A stretch of DNA of 64,000 bases from the NCBI GenBank assembly GCA_964423425.1, contig CAYRES010000004.1:136256-200255 (forward strand), in the 5' to 3' direction. The notes beneath the pieces are model-generated. The model saw only the letters and a program-made list of their open reading frames with translations. It did not search any database and was not told where the DNA came from. Made by a program: the position numbers and the translations under genes. Shown piece after piece: positions 62,527 to 64,000 of this stretch (its first letter is position 1; every line of letters begins with the position of its first letter). The stretch is from an uncultured Gaiellales bacterium. Lineage in GTDB: Bacteria > Actinomycetota > Thermoleophilia > RBG-16-64-13.

Positions 62527-62557
62527 CCCCCCAAGACGTACTTCTCGTCTTGGGGGG
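62527..62557 (+). terminator. hairpin terminator after tRNA-Val
   Basis: CCCCCCAAGACG-TACTTCT-CGTCTTGGGGGG, a 12-bp stem followed by the T-rich ATTCTTGTTGT. Confidence 0.65.
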
Positions 62558-62607
62558 ATTCTTGTTGTCTGTCCTGCGCGCGAAGGCATTGTATGCTTGT
62601 GAGCTGA

Positions 62608-63630
62608 GTGACTCAAATGGACGGCGGGCGGAACAAGGAGCACCGGGCTGTGCGCATCGTGAAGTCGACTCTCTGGGAACGGCTCTGGGGGCACCTCGGC
62701 GTCCCCCTGAGAGGACTGAGGGCACTGGTGCGCTTCCTCTACGAGACGGGGGATACGTACGGGCGCAACCAGAACGGTCCTCGGGCTGCTTCTCTCGCTT
62801 TCTTCGGTTTTCTGTCGCTCTTCCCCCTCTTGCTTCTGTTGGTGGCGACGGCCAGCATCTGGATCGACGACGTGGAGGCGCGCAACCGGGTGCTCGAGCA
62901 GCTGTCGGCATATCTTCTTCCGGCGGCGGTCGATCTGGTCCGAGACAATCTGGAAACGGTCCTGCGCATCCGTGGCACCGTGACTCTGGTGGCAGGGGTG
63001 GGCCTCTTGTACTCAGCGTCGGGGTTCTTTGCCTCTCTTGCCGGCGGGCTCGATCGCATATGGGTGGAGGAGAGCGGCCGGCGCTTCTATACCCATCGCC
63101 TTCTTGCGTTTCTACTGGTGGTGGGTGTCATCGTGGCTTTTGCCCTGACCTCCGTTCTGAATGCCGCCTTGGGTATACTGCCGGCCTTGATTGAGGAGGT
63201 AGTTCCTGGTGTGGCGGCGTTTCTCGCAGCAGTGTGGCAGTACGTCGTGAGGGCGGTGCTCCTCATGCTCGACATAGGGATGATAGCGGTGTTGTACCGC
63301 ATGGTCCCCTCAGAGAGACCTCCCTGGAGGGACGTGCTCCCGGCGGCCGCCTTGGCGGCGGTGGGGCTCAACGTCTTGAAGTGGGGCTTCTCTCTGTATA
63401 TAGCCCAGTTCGCCCGGTACGGATTCGTGTACGGTACCCTGTCGACCATCGTGGTGCTGCTGTTGTGGGTGTACTTCAGCGCCATCGTCTTCCTCTTCTG
63501 TGCCGAGTTGGGTGCGTCCTTCATGAGGCGCTCACGGGTGGACTCCTCGTCGGCGCCCGCAGCCTGCGCGGGTGGGTCGCCGGCGGCGGGCGGCACCGAC
63601 GAGGAGAGGCGCGCGGGCCTCTGGGAGTAG
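62608..63630 (+). CDS. YihY/virulence factor BrkB family membrane protein
   Basis: 340 aa. N-terminal cytoplasmic segment followed by about 6 TM helices, with the family block AASLAFFGFLSLFPLLLLLV and a C-terminal YFSAIVFLFCAEL. Start at GTG 62608 or ATG 62617. Confidence 0.82.
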   Translation: MTQMDGGRNKEHRAVRIVKSTLWERLWGHLGVPLRGLRALVRFLYETGDTYGRNQNGPRAASLAFFGFLSLFPLLLLLVATASIWIDDVEARNRVLEQLSAYLLPAAVDLVRDNLETVLRIRGTVTLVAGVGLLYSASGFFASLAGGLDRIWVEESGRRFYTHRLLAFLLVVGVIVAFALTSVLNAALGILPALIEEVVPGVAAFLAAVWQYVVRAVLLMLDIGMIAVLYRMVPSERPPWRDVLPAAALAAVGLNVLKWGFSLYIAQFARYGFVYGTLSTIVVLLLWVYFSAIVFLFCAELGASFMRRSRVDSSSAPAACAGGSPAAGGTDEERRAGLWE

Positions 63631-63693
63631 CAGGCGCCTGCTATACTGAGGTGCCGTTCTTCCATATGTAGCACAGTGTCTGTGAGGTCTTCC

Positions 63694-64000
63694 ATGAACG
63701 TCACCCTGCCGGATGGTACCGATCTTGCCGTGGACGATAAGGCCACCGCTCGGACGGTGGCTGAGACCATCGGACCCCGGCTGGCCAAGGTGGCGGTCGC
63801 TGCCGAGATCAACGGCAAGGTGAGCGACCTGGACTCTGCGCTGTCGGAGGGCGATCGGGTGAGTATCATCACGGCTACGAGCGAAGAGGGCCTCGAGGTG
63901 CTTCGTCACTCGGCCTCCCACGTCATGGCGGAGGCGGTCACACGTGTCGTACCCGGCACCAAGGTGGCCATTGGCCCCGCCATCAAAGACGGCTTCTACT
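63694..64000 (+). CDS. thrS: threonine--tRNA ligase, 5' part (runs off the window end)
   Basis: My own translation from ATG 63694 gives [82 protein letters not shown]..., which is the TGS domain plus the start of the second additional domain. GAGG lies 6 nt upstream. Confidence 0.88.
   Translation, partial: MNVTLPDGTDLAVDDKATARTVAETIGPRLAKVAVAAEINGKVSDLDSALSEGDRVSIITATSEEGLEVLRHSASHVMAEAVTRVVPGTKVAIGPAIKDGFY

Noticed and set aside
63631-63693. T-box leader upstream of thrS, and a SAM riboswitch upstream of metX (56876-56881).
   Set aside because: The spacers are only 63 nt and 6 nt, far too short for either element.

Overview
High-GC (by eye roughly mid-60s %, not computed), gene-dense bacterial chromosome segment with about 58 protein genes, 7 tRNAs and RNase P RNA. 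I found no CRISPR array, transposase or integrase. The housekeeping synteny points to Actinomycetota: whiA-pgk-tpiA-gpmI-secG, murI-rph-rdgB, lexA behind two GAAC-N4-GTTC SOS boxes, and GC-rich hairpin terminators without U tracts. The centre of the window (19.2-40.8 kb) is one co-directional ~21.6-kb Wood-Ljungdahl (reductive acetyl-CoA) cluster: larC-fhs, acsV (RACo), fchA, folD, acsD-acsB, acsC-metV-metF-lpdA, lipA-acsE-nuoE-like-nuoF-like-fdhA-like. It is flanked by a peptide/nickel-type ABC transporter, rnpB, a COG2403 (cyclic-2,3-diphosphoglycerate-synthetase-like) gene, a two-component/HD-GYP signalling island, a LonC-like protease operon, a P-type ATPase, GDP-mannose genes, nadE and metXW. 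The cluster departs from textbook versions in several ways that are visible directly in the sequence. (1) The formate-dehydrogenase-like molybdopterin subunit has Gly-Gln and Ser where FdhH has Sec/Cys-His and Arg. (2) No CODH catalytic subunit (acsA/cooS) and no CooC/AcsF maturase lies in the window, while a LarC nickel-insertion homologue is translationally coupled to fhs. (3) The ACS A-cluster motif reads Cys-Ala-Cys instead of Cys-Gly-Cys. (4) FolD lacks the YxxxK lysine, carries a 4-Cys zinc-ribbon-like insertion and sits next to a stand-alone FchA. (5) lpdA and lipA are embedded in the operon. Outside the cluster, a BioF/Kbl-like protein appears to lack the PLP lysine and sits upstream of a Lon-like protease whose Walker B reads ME-A instead of DE. 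A Nif3-RNase HI fusion is also present. All motif comparisons to reference enzymes are from memory and need real alignments.
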